A stretch of 64,000 nucleotides of DNA, from contig CAMTVO010000010.1 in assembly GCA_947085205.1 (NCBI GenBank), positions 1 to 64,000 of the forward strand. Direction: 5' to 3'. The notes beneath the pieces are model-generated. The model searched no databases, was not told the origin of the DNA, and was given only the letters and a program-made list of their open reading frames with translations. The first letter of the stretch is position 1. Every line of letters starts with the position of its first letter. Origin of the DNA: an uncultured Nitrospiraceae bacterium. GTDB lineage: Bacteria; Nitrospirota; Thermodesulfovibrionia; Thermodesulfovibrionales; Dissulfurispiraceae. This document shows, in pieces, positions 1 through 10,661 of this stretch. Made by a program: the position numbers and the translations under genes.

Positions 1-210
1 ACGGGATATTCCGGAAGGATAGCTGTTTATGAATATCTTCCAATAATACCTGCATTAAGAAAATTAATCTCTAATGACGCCAGTGAAAGTTCTCTCATAA
101 TGGCAGCCAAGAACGAAGGGGTCACTTTTCTTTTTGAGGATGCATGGAATAAGGTAAGAGACGGGATAACAACCGTTGATGAAGTAATTGCAAAGGTTCC
201 TGTAGATTAA
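1..210 (+). CDS. 3' end of a GspE/PilB-family secretion ATPase (partial)
   Basis: Frame 1 reads TGYSGRIAVYEYL...LFEDAWNKVRDGITTVDEVIAKVPVD*, the typical GspE/PilB C-terminus (compare TGYKGRTGVYE...GVSTIEEV in 60291..62024). Not in the ORF track. Confidence 0.85.
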   Translation, partial: TGYSGRIAVYEYLPIIPALRKLISNDASESSLIMAAKNEGVTFLFEDAWNKVRDGITTVDEVIAKVPVD

Positions 211-245
211 TCAAAAAATCCCCGCCTTTTAAACAGGACTTCCCC

Positions 246-1727
246 TTAATCCCTATCAATAAAAGCATCCTTAAGCAGCTTGCTCTGCCTTTCAAATGCC
301 TGTCTTGGATTTCTGGGGTCTTTCATAAGGGCAATCTCTTGCGTTATAAGCCTCGCAAGGTTCAATACATAGGTATCAACTCTAGCTGACTCTCTTTTGT
401 AAAGGGGATGGTCGCGGTTTATATAGATGGTTGTCTCCTCGGAGAATACCTCGGGCCCGTCCTCGCCAAAGCTGTCCACCACGCATGACACGCCTGTCTC
501 ACCGAACTTTATTCTCTTTATGATGGCATTGGGTGTAAGTCTTTTTACCTTCGGTTTCTTTTTTCGTTTTTTCTCAACCTTGGGTTTTTCTTCAACCTTT
601 ACATTTTCTTCTTTGACTTCTCCTTCCCTCTTAATAACCTCGGCAGCACTGCCCATGCCTTTCGTCTCGCTGCCGATAGGAAGTGCGCCAAATGGCGATA
701 GGTCAGGATTTGATGCCAACGATTTGTATATTCTCTGGAGCGCCTCTTTTAAGGCACGGCTGACTTTTTTGCCTTCCTTTTTAATAGTCAATTTCTGGAG
801 TGCTGCCTTTATATCTTCCATTATCCTGCTCATAACCCTGAGAAACTCATGGTATTCGTCGGAATCTCTGATAAAGCCTGTTCTGTCGCTTGTGATGGGC
901 AAGAAATCTGCATTGACCTCGCCCCTTACCCTTGCCATTGCCTTTCCCCATGTCTCCATGCCGAAAAATTCCCTTCTTATAGTTACCTGCTTCACCTTCA
1001 CATCAATACCGATGTCCGTTGTTGTGGATGCTGTTTCTGAAAGGATTACTATTTCACCACTCACGGGGCCAAAAGGAGTTCCCTCAAGGAATGGGATTTT
1101 ATGGCCTGATAGGCTTCGGGGCATCACAGTATGATTATTTATTCTCACTCTAAAATGGGGCGCTTTAATGGGCGTACCTTCTATTATTTTTGCCTCTATA
1201 TCTCCGGTATCAAATGCCCTCTCAAGCCCCATCAATATAACTGTAGTGCCGTTTTGTTTCCTGAAATTGGAAGGAAGTCTCTCAAAGGGCAATTGCCATG
1301 CATCCGGGGTCTTTTCCCATTGTTCTTTATCAAAGATTACCCTTCCCACAAAGTCATCCCTCTTTGTGATAACCTCAAATCGCTTACACGCTGAAAGGCT
1401 TGCAAACTTGCCGATGCCGAATTGCCCAATCCTGTCTCTGTTATATACCGGCGATTTTGGGGAATAGAGTTTCTGCTGAGAGCCTATATTGAAATATTGT
1501 TTGAGTCCTTCCATATCCATACCGCTTCCATTGTCCCTTATCTCAATACTATCTTCGGCAATAATAATCTCAACCAGACTTGCATCAGCATCATAGGCAT
1601 TATTAACAAGCTCCCTCACAAACTCAATGCTTTCGGCATAGAGCCTTTCACCTATGGTAGTTATATGACTTTTATCAATGGTTACAGAAATAAATTCAGG
1701 GAATGATTGCACAGAGGTGTACCCCAT
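246..1727 (-). CDS. GHKL (HATPase_c_3/MORC-like) ATPase, function unknown
   Basis: GHKL motifs ELVNNAYDADA, DNGSGMD, GQFGIGK, GTTV. Lys-rich linker and a C-terminal INRDHPLY motif. Exact start uncertain. Confidence 0.8.
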   Translation of the reverse strand: MGYTSVQSFPEFISVTIDKSHITTIGERLYAESIEFVRELVNNAYDADASLVEIIIAEDSIEIRDNGSGMDMEGLKQYFNIGSQQKLYSPKSPVYNRDRIGQFGIGKFASLSACKRFEVITKRDDFVGRVIFDKEQWEKTPDAWQLPFERLPSNFRKQNGTTVILMGLERAFDTGDIEAKIIEGTPIKAPHFRVRINNHTVMPRSLSGHKIPFLEGTPFGPVSGEIVILSETASTTTDIGIDVKVKQVTIRREFFGMETWGKAMARVRGEVNADFLPITSDRTGFIRDSDEYHEFLRVMSRIMEDIKAALQKLTIKKEGKKVSRALKEALQRIYKSLASNPDLSPFGALPIGSETKGMGSAAEVIKREGEVKEENVKVEEKPKVEKKRKKKPKVKRLTPNAIIKRIKFGETGVSCVVDSFGEDGPEVFSEETTIYINRDHPLYKRESARVDTYVLNLARLITQEIALMKDPRNPRQAFERQSKLLKDAFIDRD

Positions 1728-1887
1728 TTATTGGACAGTTTAGGGGCTGATTTAAGGTGGAAACCACCATCCATCATGCCGCCTCCAATAACTGTTCTGA
1801 CTTTACATATCCGCCGAGTTCAGCCGGATGCCATGATGAGCCGGCAGGTATTGTCTCCGGCTTATGAGAAAGTTGTTTAAGTGTCAT
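1714..1887 (-). mobile_element. Possible IS3-family right-end remnant
   Basis: A 37-aa ORF (1774..1887) ends ...PAELGGYVKSEQLLEAA* and is followed by CTGTCCAATAAATGGGGTACACCTC, which resembles IS3-type right termini. No intact transposase. Confidence 0.3.
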
Positions 1888-3218
1888 CATAATTTCATTA
1901 TTCTTTTTAATTCTTCGAAAAATCCGGGGAATGATATATCGACACATGATGCATTGTTTATAGTCGTTGTGCCGTCTGCAACAAGCGCAGCTATTGCAAA
2001 CGACATCGCTATCCTATGGTCGTGATAACTCTCTATGAAAGCGCCTTTTAAGTCTGTTCTGCCTTTTATTGATATTCCGTCAGGGTATTCCTCAAGTTCA
2101 ACGTTCATTTTTTTCAATTCAGATGCCATTGCCTTAATTCTGTCCGACTCCTTGACCCTTAATTCTTCAGCGCCTCTTATCTCTGTGATGCCTTCGGCCT
2201 GTGTTGCTAAAACACAAAGGATTGGGAACTCATCAATAAGCGAAGGCATAATCTCTTTGCCTATTTTAACAGCCTTGAGTTTTTGAGTAGACCTGCAGTA
2301 AATATCGGCAACAGGCTCGCCCGAAACATCCCTGACATTTTTGAGTTTGGCTGTTCCGCCCATTTGATTTATGACTTCAAGGAACCCTGTCCTTGTGGGG
2401 TTTATTCCGACGCCTTTAATCAATATCTCAGAATCAGGCGCTATGAGCGCTGCTGCAATAAAAAAAGCTGCGGATGAAAAATCGGATGGAATTGTTATAT
2501 CAATAGGGCTTAACCCCCCTTTAATTGATATAGGGGGGTGACCCTTGACTTTTATTGTAAGACCATCAACTTCTATTTCCGCACCCATTGATTTAAGAAT
2601 CCTCTCTGTATGGTCTCTCGATTTATAAGGCTCTGTTATCAGTGTTGTGCCGTCCGCATACAATCCTGCCAGAATCAGACATGACTTTACCTGAGCGGAT
2701 GCCACAGGCATGGTGTAATCTATTGCCTTAAGTTTTTTGCCTTTTATTGCAATGGGCAGATACTTGTCTTCATCCCTGCCCGAGATTTCCGCTCCCATCT
2801 CTTTAAGCGGATTTATTACTCTTGCCATCGGCCTCTGCTTTAGAGAGTTATCTCCGGTAAGCACGTAAAAAAAGGGATTTCCAGCTAATATTCCCGACAA
2901 AAGCCTTACCGTCGTCCCAGAGTTTCCGCAGTCTATTACATCGAACGGCTCTTTAAGGCCATGCAATCCTTTTCCATGAATTATTATTTCATCCCTTGAC
3001 CCTTGACCCTTGACCCTTGCATCTTCTATTTCAATACCGAGCATTTTAAAGGCATTCATGGTGCTTATCGGATCTTCTGCCCTGAGAAAATTTCTTACAA
3101 TACTCTTTCCGTCCGCCAGAGATGCAAACATCACTGCTCTGTGGGAAATGGATTTATCGGAAGGGACTGTTATTGAACCTTTTAAGGATTTCGCTTTTTT
3201 CAGTTCTATGCGTTCCAT
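1887..3218 (-). CDS. aroA: 3-phosphoshikimate 1-carboxyvinyltransferase (EPSP synthase)
   Basis: PSDKSISHRA, DCGNSGTT, SAQVKS, ELRVKESDRI and DHRIAMS motifs. Confidence 0.97.
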   Translation of the reverse strand: MERIELKKAKSLKGSITVPSDKSISHRAVMFASLADGKSIVRNFLRAEDPISTMNAFKMLGIEIEDARVKGQGSRDEIIIHGKGLHGLKEPFDVIDCGNSGTTVRLLSGILAGNPFFYVLTGDNSLKQRPMARVINPLKEMGAEISGRDEDKYLPIAIKGKKLKAIDYTMPVASAQVKSCLILAGLYADGTTLITEPYKSRDHTERILKSMGAEIEVDGLTIKVKGHPPISIKGGLSPIDITIPSDFSSAAFFIAAALIAPDSEILIKGVGINPTRTGFLEVINQMGGTAKLKNVRDVSGEPVADIYCRSTQKLKAVKIGKEIMPSLIDEFPILCVLATQAEGITEIRGAEELRVKESDRIKAMASELKKMNVELEEYPDGISIKGRTDLKGAFIESYHDHRIAMSFAIAALVADGTTTINNASCVDISFPGFFEELKRIMKL

Positions 3219-3220
3219 CG

Positions 3221-4138
3221 CTATTTCAGCTTCTTTCTCAATTCCTGCGCCTTCAAAAACTCTTTTTCTATTCCGGATGTATTATTTTCTTTAAGATATT
3301 GAGACATATTGTCGAGATTATCCCTGAAGACATCCAGCATCTTGATGATATTGTCTTTGTTGAATATAGATATATCCCTCCACATCTCCGGAGAACTGAG
3401 GGCAATCCTTGTCGTGTCCTTAAAGCCCTGACCTGCGTATCCTATATATTTGGAATCAACATCTCCAACTGTATTTACTAAGGCATAGGCGACAATATGA
3501 GGAAAGTGGCTTACAATTGCATATATTTCGTCATGCTTAAAAGGATCCATCAATTCCACCCTTGCTCCAAGGGTTTTCCATAGGGAAACAACTATCTCCT
3601 GAGAATCCTTATCAGAATTCCCTGTGGGCGTAATGATACATCTCGCATTATTGAACAAATCCGGCCTCGCATCGTCTATACCGGATTTGTCGCTGCCTGC
3701 TATTGGGTGGGAGCCGATATAATAAACTCCATCAGGCATTAAAGATTCCAGTTCATGAACCAGTCCGCCTTTTACGCTTCCCACATCCGTTATCAGTGCA
3801 CCTTTCTTTACAGCGCCTTTTATTTTCTCGGCAATTTCTACGAACACACCAACAGGCGTTGCAAGGAGTATAAGGTCGGAATCTTTGCACGCCTTGCAGA
3901 CATCGAGGCTGCAGTCGTCGATTATCCCGCGCTCCTTTGCCCTTCTGAGATTATCTTCATTCCTGCCATAGCCGTATATGATCTTGCATAAACCATTTTT
4001 CTTTAGAGCAAGGGCAAAGGATGCGCCTAAAAGGCCTACGCCGATAATAGTTACTTTATTAAAAAATATTTCCTTACCTTCACCCCAAAAAATCTCACGA
4101 TTTTTTGGGGAACCCTTAGCTTCTTTACCACTATTCAC
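3221..4138 (-). CDS. tyrA: Prephenate dehydrogenase
   Basis: GVGLLGAS Rossmann motif, DVGSVK, HPIAGSDKSG, HDEIYAIVSHFPH, GFKDTTRIA. Start moved to GTG at 4138, just after the aroF stop. Confidence 0.92.
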   Translation of the reverse strand: MNSGKEAKGSPKNREIFWGEGKEIFFNKVTIIGVGLLGASFALALKKNGLCKIIYGYGRNEDNLRRAKERGIIDDCSLDVCKACKDSDLILLATPVGVFVEIAEKIKGAVKKGALITDVGSVKGGLVHELESLMPDGVYYIGSHPIAGSDKSGIDDARPDLFNNARCIITPTGNSDKDSQEIVVSLWKTLGARVELMDPFKHDEIYAIVSHFPHIVAYALVNTVGDVDSKYIGYAGQGFKDTTRIALSSPEMWRDISIFNKDNIIKMLDVFRDNLDNMSQYLKENNTSGIEKEFLKAQELRKKLK

Positions 4139-4143
4139 CGTCG

Positions 4144-5169
4144 TTATATTTCCCTTCCAACCGCCTGCGCTATCGGCTTTAACTCTTTCATCAATTGCGC
4201 GAACATATCGGGTTTCAAGGACTGTTCGCCGTCTGAAAGGGCCTCTTCCGGATTTGTATGAACCTCTATGATGAGCGCATCCGCGCCGGCGGCCACCGCG
4301 GCCTTTGTCATAGGCGGGACCAGATCCCATTTCCCGACCCCATGGCTCGGATCAACGACAACAGGCAGATGAGTCAATTTCTTAAGCACCGGCACTGCGC
4401 TTAAATCAAGAGTATTCCTTGTTGCGGTCTCGAATGTCCTTATCCCCCTCTCGCAGAGCATCACATTCTGATTGCCTCTTGACATTATGTATTCGGCAGA
4501 CATAAGCCATTCCTTTATGGTTGCGGACAGACCGCGTTTAAGAAGAACAGGCTTGTCAACAGAGCCGACCTCGAGAAGGAGTCTGAAGTTCTGCATATTC
4601 CTTGCGCCTATCTGGATTATGTCCGCATATTCAACGATTACATCCATATCCCTCGGGTCCATTATCTCTGTGATAATAGGGAGTCCTGTCTTTTCCCTTG
4701 CATCTGCAAGGTATCTGAGGCCCTCCTCGCCGAGCCCCTGAAATGAATAAGGAGATGTCCTCGGCTTATATGCGCCGCCTCTCAGAAACGTCGCTCCTCC
4801 ATCCTTCACCTTCTCCGCTATGGTCATCAGTATGGTCTTATTCTCTACAGCACAGGGGCCTGCCATTACAGTCACCTTCTTGCCTCCGATTATTTTTCCC
4901 CTTACATTTATCTCTGAATTTTCCTTCTTGAACTCACGGCTTGCGAGCTTGTACGGCTTTAGTATCCTCACTACATTCTCGACGCCTGTCATTGCGCGGA
5001 TGGCATCCTCTTCTTCCTCCGTCACCTTTGCTGTATCTCCAATTACGCCGATAATAGTCCTCTCAGTACCCTGTGATACTGTCGCCTTAAGCCCTTTACT
5101 TTCAAGCTTTTTAAGGACATGCCTTACATTATCTTCCGTCGTATCAGGACCCAATACTATTATGTCCAT
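4144..5169 (-). CDS. aroF: 3-deoxy-7-phosphoheptulonate (DAHP) synthase, type I-beta with N-terminal regulatory domain
   Basis: [30 protein letters not shown] and DPSHGVG motifs. Confidence 0.96.
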   Translation of the reverse strand: MDIIVLGPDTTEDNVRHVLKKLESKGLKATVSQGTERTIIGVIGDTAKVTEEEEDAIRAMTGVENVVRILKPYKLASREFKKENSEINVRGKIIGGKKVTVMAGPCAVENKTILMTIAEKVKDGGATFLRGGAYKPRTSPYSFQGLGEEGLRYLADAREKTGLPIITEIMDPRDMDVIVEYADIIQIGARNMQNFRLLLEVGSVDKPVLLKRGLSATIKEWLMSAEYIMSRGNQNVMLCERGIRTFETATRNTLDLSAVPVLKKLTHLPVVVDPSHGVGKWDLVPPMTKAAVAAGADALIIEVHTNPEEALSDGEQSLKPDMFAQLMKELKPIAQAVGREI

Positions 5170-5255
5170 AATTTCCTCCTTTTTACTTCGTGATGCGTAA
5201 TGCGTAACGCGTAATGCGTGATGAGATGATGAGTAAGTCTTTCACCCATTACGGA

Positions 5256-6416
5256 TTACGCATCACGCATTACGGTTTTTAATGCTTCTATGAAGCGCTT
5301 ATTTTCTTCCGGCAATCCTATGGTAACCCTTATCTCCTTTGGCCCTACGGGCCTTACAATCACGCCCATTCTCAAGAGCGCCTCATAAATAATCCTTGAC
5401 TCCATATTCAACGGCATATATATGAAATTCGCCTCTGTAGGGACATAGGGAATTCCGATGGAATCGAGTTCTTTATAAAGAAATTCCTTGCCCTGCTCAT
5501 TGAGCTCTATCGACTTTTCCAAATGCTCCTCGTCAGCCAATGCATTCAACGCCGCCTGTTGAGCCATAGTATTCGTATTAAACGGCTCTCTGATTTTATT
5601 CATCTCTTCTATTATGTCTTTCCTCGCTATGCCGTAACCTATCCTAAGACCGGCAAGCCCGTATGCCTTTGAGAATGTCCTCAGAATCAAGATATCACGC
5701 CCCTCCATGAAATACCTGAAAGTGTCGGGATACTCGGAATCCCTCACATATTCGTAATATGCCTCATCCATAACCACAAGGACACCTTCGGGGACATTTT
5801 CCATAAATCTTGAGAACTCATCCTTTTTGTTGATAGCTCCTGTGGGGTTGTTGGGATTTGCAATGAAAACTATTTTCGTTCTTTCGGTAATTGCATCCGC
5901 CATTGTCATCAAGTCATGCCTGTAATCCGTAAGCGGCGCCTCTACAACAGTTCCGCCGACAGATTGAACTGCCATAGAATAGACAACAAACGAAGGAGTT
6001 GCCATTAAAGCCTCATCTCTCTTACACATGAATGTCCTGACGGCAATGTCAATCAGTTCATTTGAGCCGTTGCCCAATATTATTTCATCAGGGCTGACCC
6101 CCCTATAAGTAATCCCCCCTTGCCCCCCTTTAGTAAAGGGGGGATGGGGGGATTCGAGGGGATTTAGGGGGGTAGATAATTTTTTGGATAAGGCATTTTT
6201 CAGATAATAACCATTACCGTCGGGATAGCGGCTTAGTTCATGCCCGTTATGTAAAAATTCCTTTAAAGCCTCCACCACCTTCTTTGAAGCACCAAGAGGA
6301 TTTTCGTTTGATGCCAATTTTATACTGCCTTTTATACCCAGTTCACGTTCGAGTTCCTGTATGGGTTTCCCTGGCACATACGGCTTTATCTTTGATACAT
6401 ATTCCATCGGTTTCAT
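5256..6416 (-). CDS. hisC: Histidinol-phosphate/aromatic aminotransferase
   Basis: KLASNENP, GNGSNELI, NPNNPTG, DEAYYEY, RTFSKAYGLAGLRIGY. Start set at MKPMEY (approximate). Carries an in-frame hairpin insertion. Confidence 0.93.
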   Translation of the reverse strand: MKPMEYVSKIKPYVPGKPIQELERELGIKGSIKLASNENPLGASKKVVEALKEFLHNGHELSRYPDGNGYYLKNALSKKLSTPLNPLESPHPPFTKGGQGGITYRGVSPDEIILGNGSNELIDIAVRTFMCKRDEALMATPSFVVYSMAVQSVGGTVVEAPLTDYRHDLMTMADAITERTKIVFIANPNNPTGAINKKDEFSRFMENVPEGVLVVMDEAYYEYVRDSEYPDTFRYFMEGRDILILRTFSKAYGLAGLRIGYGIARKDIIEEMNKIREPFNTNTMAQQAALNALADEEHLEKSIELNEQGKEFLYKELDSIGIPYVPTEANFIYMPLNMESRIIYEALLRMGVIVRPVGPKEIRVTIGLPEENKRFIEALKTVMRDA

Positions 6417-6438
6417 AGATATAGCTTTCACAGGACTA

Positions 6439-7539
6439 TTACCTTTCAATTCTTTCATCGATGGGATACGAGCCAAGATGCTTCAGATAAAGGCATGTCT
6501 CCTTTATGTCTTCTATTGCCTTTCTTACTTTCTTGTCTTCCACATGTCCTTCCATATCGACAAAAAATATGTATTCCCAAGCCCTTCTCTTTGACGGCCT
6601 CGACTCTATCTTCGTGAGATTTATCTTTGATTTCCTGAAAGGAAGCAGCACATCATAAAGCGCTCCAGGTCTGTCCTTTACGGAAAACAATATTGATGTC
6701 TTATCCTTTCCTGATTTTGACGGATACTCCTTGGCTATCACCAGAAACCTCGTATAGTTGTTTTTATTATCCTCTATATGCCTCTCCACAAACTGCATGT
6801 CATAAATCCTCGCAGCAAGCTCGCTTGCTATGGCAGCGGCATCTTCATCTCCGGCTGCAATCTCGGCAGCCCTCGCAGTGCTCGTTGATTCGAGTATCGG
6901 AATATTCGGCATGTTTGCTTCAAGCCAGCCCCTGCACTGGGCAGTGGCCTGCGGATGTGAATATATCTTTTTTACCTTATCTTTGCCGCCGCTCTTTGAC
7001 AGAAGGTTGTGGGAAACCTCCAAAAGCACTTCTGCCGATATTTTGAGGTCGTAATCCATGAACATATCGAGGGTATAGCTGACAACGCCTTCATTGGAAT
7101 TCTCTATGGGCACGACTCCATAATTAACCCTTCCGCTCTCCGCTGCATCAAAGACAGCCTTTATGCTTTCAACGGAAATATACTTTGCAGAAAATCCGAA
7201 GTGCCTCATTGCAGCAAGATTGGTATACGTGCCTTCAGGTCCGAGATATGCCACTTTAAGGGGCTCTTCGAGTGAAAGTGATGCCGACATTATCTCTCTG
7301 AAAATAACTCTCAGTGCGTCGTTCGGGAAAGGCCCTTTGTTCAGCGCAGTGATTCTCTCAAGTATTGCCCTTTCGCGTTCAGGAGAGTAGAACTTTAGAT
7401 TTGCCTTTTTCTTTATATTCGCTATCTCTATGGCTATATTGGCCCTTTTATTTAAAAGCTCAAGTATCTCCGCATCTATTCCGTCTATATCTCTCCTGAG
7501 TTTTTCGAGAGCGGCATTTATCTCTTTGTTTTCGGACAT
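6439..7539 (-). CDS. pheA: Chorismate mutase/prephenate dehydratase
   Basis: N-terminal CM domain (LRRDIDGIDAEILELLNKRA), YLGPEGTY, PIENS, NYTRF, ACT domain with IESRPS. Confidence 0.96.
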   Translation of the reverse strand: MSENKEINAALEKLRRDIDGIDAEILELLNKRANIAIEIANIKKKANLKFYSPERERAILERITALNKGPFPNDALRVIFREIMSASLSLEEPLKVAYLGPEGTYTNLAAMRHFGFSAKYISVESIKAVFDAAESGRVNYGVVPIENSNEGVVSYTLDMFMDYDLKISAEVLLEVSHNLLSKSGGKDKVKKIYSHPQATAQCRGWLEANMPNIPILESTSTARAAEIAAGDEDAAAIASELAARIYDMQFVERHIEDNKNNYTRFLVIAKEYPSKSGKDKTSILFSVKDRPGALYDVLLPFRKSKINLTKIESRPSKRRAWEYIFFVDMEGHVEDKKVRKAIEDIKETCLYLKHLGSYPIDERIER

Positions 7540-7580
7540 GGTTTTTAATAATACAGCAATATTTCTTATTTTTTCAATGA

Positions 7581-8990
7581 TTAGAGCCTGTGAAGCCTAA
7601 TGATATTCGGCTTGCCTAAAAACGAAGAGCTTGCGACAAAGACGATGCTGTCACCCTTTGAAACAAGACGTTCTTTGATAAGTGATTTTTCTATTTCTGA
7701 CATAAATGCCGTATCAAGGATTTCGACATTCCTTCTTTTCATCAACTTAGCGGCGGTTCCCCAATAAAGAGGCAGTCGCCTTAGAACCACTTCATCGGGT
7801 GTAAAGGCTATTACAGGCACATCCGGTCTGAGCTTCGAGATTAATTTTGCTGTAAATCCTGAATGGGTAAAAACAACAATGGCCTTTGCGTCTGTGTCGT
7901 GGGCTGCCTTGCAAGCGCCGTCTGCGATGGCTTCGGGAAATGTCTTTCCTATCTGATATGGAGAGACGGCCCTGTGGACGATGCTCTCTTCCGTGTATCT
8001 TATTATCATGTCCATCATCTTTACAGACTCGACAGGATATTTGCCCGTAGTCGTTTCTGCAGAAAGCATCAATGCGTCTGTTCCATCAAGCACCGCATTC
8101 GCAACATCAGATGCCTCCGCCCTTGTGGGTCGTGTATGCTGGGTCATTGATTCGAGCATTTGAGTGGCTGTTATCACAAGTTTTCCTTTTTTGTTTGCAA
8201 AGTCTATGAGCATCTTCTGAATCATAGGCACCTTTTCTGTAGGCATCTCAACTCCGAGGTCTCCCCTCGCCACCATAATTCCGCCAACGATTTCCATAAT
8301 CTCATTGATATTTTCGAGAGCCTCCGGCTTTTCTATCTTTGCAATTAAAGGGGGCAAAGTCACTCCCTTTCTTTTTGCCCAATTCAGCACAAGCTCAATA
8401 TCCTCCGCCGTCCTCACAAAGGATATGGCGACATAATCAACACCTAACTTAAGTCCGAACTCCAAATCCCTTCTGTCTTTTTCTGTAAATGCGGGCAGGG
8501 ATGTCCTTGATGTAGGCATATTAACGCCCTTCCTCGATTTTACAATTCCTCCTTCAACGACTCTTGCCTTTAATGCATTTTTTGTTTTTCCTGTTACATT
8601 CAGTTTTATGAGGCCGTCGTCGATGAGTATTCTATCGCCTTCTTTAACATCCTTCAATAAGGCAGGATAGGATACGAATAGATTCTTTTCATCGCTTAAT
8701 TCCTTGCCCGGATGAAGGAAAACTTCTTTTCCTGTCTTCAGCATAACACTACCGCCCTCTATATCGCTCAACCTTATCTTTATGCCCTGCAAATCCTGAA
8801 GTATAGAAACTACTTTATTCTGTCTTGATGATTCCTCACGAACAAGGGATGCCACTTTCTGGTGCGTCTCATGCTCTCCGTGGGAAAAGTTCAATCTCGC
8901 CACATCCAGGCCGCTTTTGATTAATTCGCGGATTATCTTTCTCTCGCCGGATGCAGGCCCTATCGTGCAGACGATTTTAGCTTTTCTCAT
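7581..8990 (-). CDS. pyk: Pyruvate kinase
   Basis: KIVCTIGPAS, RLNFSHG, AKIEK, MVARGDLGVE, ATQMLESM. Confidence 0.97.
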   Translation of the reverse strand: MRKAKIVCTIGPASGERKIIRELIKSGLDVARLNFSHGEHETHQKVASLVREESSRQNKVVSILQDLQGIKIRLSDIEGGSVMLKTGKEVFLHPGKELSDEKNLFVSYPALLKDVKEGDRILIDDGLIKLNVTGKTKNALKARVVEGGIVKSRKGVNMPTSRTSLPAFTEKDRRDLEFGLKLGVDYVAISFVRTAEDIELVLNWAKRKGVTLPPLIAKIEKPEALENINEIMEIVGGIMVARGDLGVEMPTEKVPMIQKMLIDFANKKGKLVITATQMLESMTQHTRPTRAEASDVANAVLDGTDALMLSAETTTGKYPVESVKMMDMIIRYTEESIVHRAVSPYQIGKTFPEAIADGACKAAHDTDAKAIVVFTHSGFTAKLISKLRPDVPVIAFTPDEVVLRRLPLYWGTAAKLMKRRNVEILDTAFMSEIEKSLIKERLVSKGDSIVFVASSSFLGKPNIIRLHRL

Positions 8991-8991
8991 G

Positions 8992-10572
8992 TTATACCAC
9001 CTCCATTCCTTTTTCTGTCTTGACTATACTTATATGCCTCTGCCAGTTTTCGCCCCTTTCTTTAAAATCCGACATGTAATGGGCTCCGACGCTTCCTTTT
9101 CTTGCGAGCGCTGATTCTGTAATCATCACAGCGACTGTAAGCATGTTCTTTAGCTCAAGCCCGCGCCTCGTATTGAAATTCATGTCAAGCATAAATCGCC
9201 ATTCGGATAGCTTTTCAATCGCTTCACTAAGAGAGATGCCGCATCTTATTATCCCGACCTTTTCCCACGTTAGTCTTCTTAGGGAAGTCCTTATTTCCTC
9301 TATATCGTGAAGTTTTAGAGTTTTAGAATCTTGGAGTTTTGGAGTTCTTAAATTTTCCTGAACTCTTAACTCTGAACTCTTAACTCCCAACTTTTTAGTT
9401 GCAGCAGCAACGCCTGCCCTGTATCCATAAACAAGCCCTTCAAGGAGGCTGTTGCTTGCAAGCCTGTTTGCGCCGTGAACTCCTGTGCATGCCACCTCGC
9501 CTGCCGCGTACAATCCTTTTATGCTTGTGGCTCCGTTGAGACCTGTTTTCACGCCTCCCATCATGTAATGCGCCGCCGGAGAGACGGGTATTAAATCTTT
9601 TGTTATATTCAAGTCATATCGAAGGCATGTGGAATAAATCCTCGGAAATCTTTTTTTAATGAATTCAGAATCGCGATGCGTAAGATCGAGATATACATGG
9701 CTGTTGTTTGTCCTAACCATCTCTGATATAATCGCCCTCGAAACAACATCCCGGGGTGCAAGCTCAGCATCAGGATGGTAGTTCTTCATAAAGGGCTCTT
9801 TAAAGATATTCCTTAAAACCGCACCTTCTCCCCTCATTGCCTCGCTCAAAAGAAACTGCGGCGCAGCCGGTGCAAAAAGGACTGTGGGATGAAACTGGAC
9901 AAATTCCATGTCCTCAAGGACGGCGCCTGCCCTGTATGCAATGGCCATGCCGTCGCCTGTTGCAACAGCAGGATTAGTTGTCCTCGAAAAAACCTGTCCT
10001 GCACCGCCTGTTGCCAGTATCGTTGCATTTGCATGGACAGCAATAACATCGCCATCCTTTAACGCATATACGCCGGAACATCTCCCATCTTCAACAATAA
10101 GATCAATTGCCGTGCAGAATTGAAGCCTACGGATATTTTTGAATAATTTGACTTTATTTATCAGCACCCTCTCCAGTTCCTTTCCTGTAGAGTCGCCGTG
10201 GGCATGTAGTATCCTGCGTCTTGAATGGGCTGCCTCTATTGTGAAAGACAGTTTTGTACCCTCTTTATCAAACTCAGCGCCCCATTCAATAAGCTCAAGG
10301 ATTCTTGCAGGGCCTTCTTCCACAAGCGCTTTCACTGCATCTTCCCTGCAGAGTCCGTCCCCTGCCTTTATGGTATCTTCGAAATGAATGCCTACTTCAT
10401 CTTCATCGCTGAGTGCAACTGCAACACCTCCCTGTGCATATTCTGTGCTGCTTTCTGTGGGGATATCCTTTGTGACCACAATGGCACTGCCATGCGAGGC
10501 AAGCTCAATTGCAGCCCTGAGACCTGCAACTCCGCTACCGATAACAAGAAAATCGGCGGTTACCTTGTTCAT
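8992..10572 (-). CDS. nadB: L-aspartate oxidase
   Basis: GSGVAGL, AQGG, HSRRRILH, QFHPT, LAPRDVVSRAI, GVHGANRLASNSLLEG. Confidence 0.95.
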   Translation of the reverse strand: MNKVTADFLVIGSGVAGLRAAIELASHGSAIVVTKDIPTESSTEYAQGGVAVALSDEDEVGIHFEDTIKAGDGLCREDAVKALVEEGPARILELIEWGAEFDKEGTKLSFTIEAAHSRRRILHAHGDSTGKELERVLINKVKLFKNIRRLQFCTAIDLIVEDGRCSGVYALKDGDVIAVHANATILATGGAGQVFSRTTNPAVATGDGMAIAYRAGAVLEDMEFVQFHPTVLFAPAAPQFLLSEAMRGEGAVLRNIFKEPFMKNYHPDAELAPRDVVSRAIISEMVRTNNSHVYLDLTHRDSEFIKKRFPRIYSTCLRYDLNITKDLIPVSPAAHYMMGGVKTGLNGATSIKGLYAAGEVACTGVHGANRLASNSLLEGLVYGYRAGVAAATKKLGVKSSELRVQENLRTPKLQDSKTLKLHDIEEIRTSLRRLTWEKVGIIRCGISLSEAIEKLSEWRFMLDMNFNTRRGLELKNMLTVAVMITESALARKGSVGAHYMSDFKERGENWQRHISIVKTEKGMEVV

Positions 10573-10661
10573 AGTGTTTACATTTTACCATATATTTCTT
10601 GACTACATATTACCGGTTTAAATAAAATCCATGAGCAAATTATATCTAAGGAGGAGTTGAG

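Noticed and set aside
4139..4330. Long N-terminal extension of TyrA
   Set aside because: It overlaps the aroF 3' end in another frame; a GTG at 4138 gives a normal operon junction.
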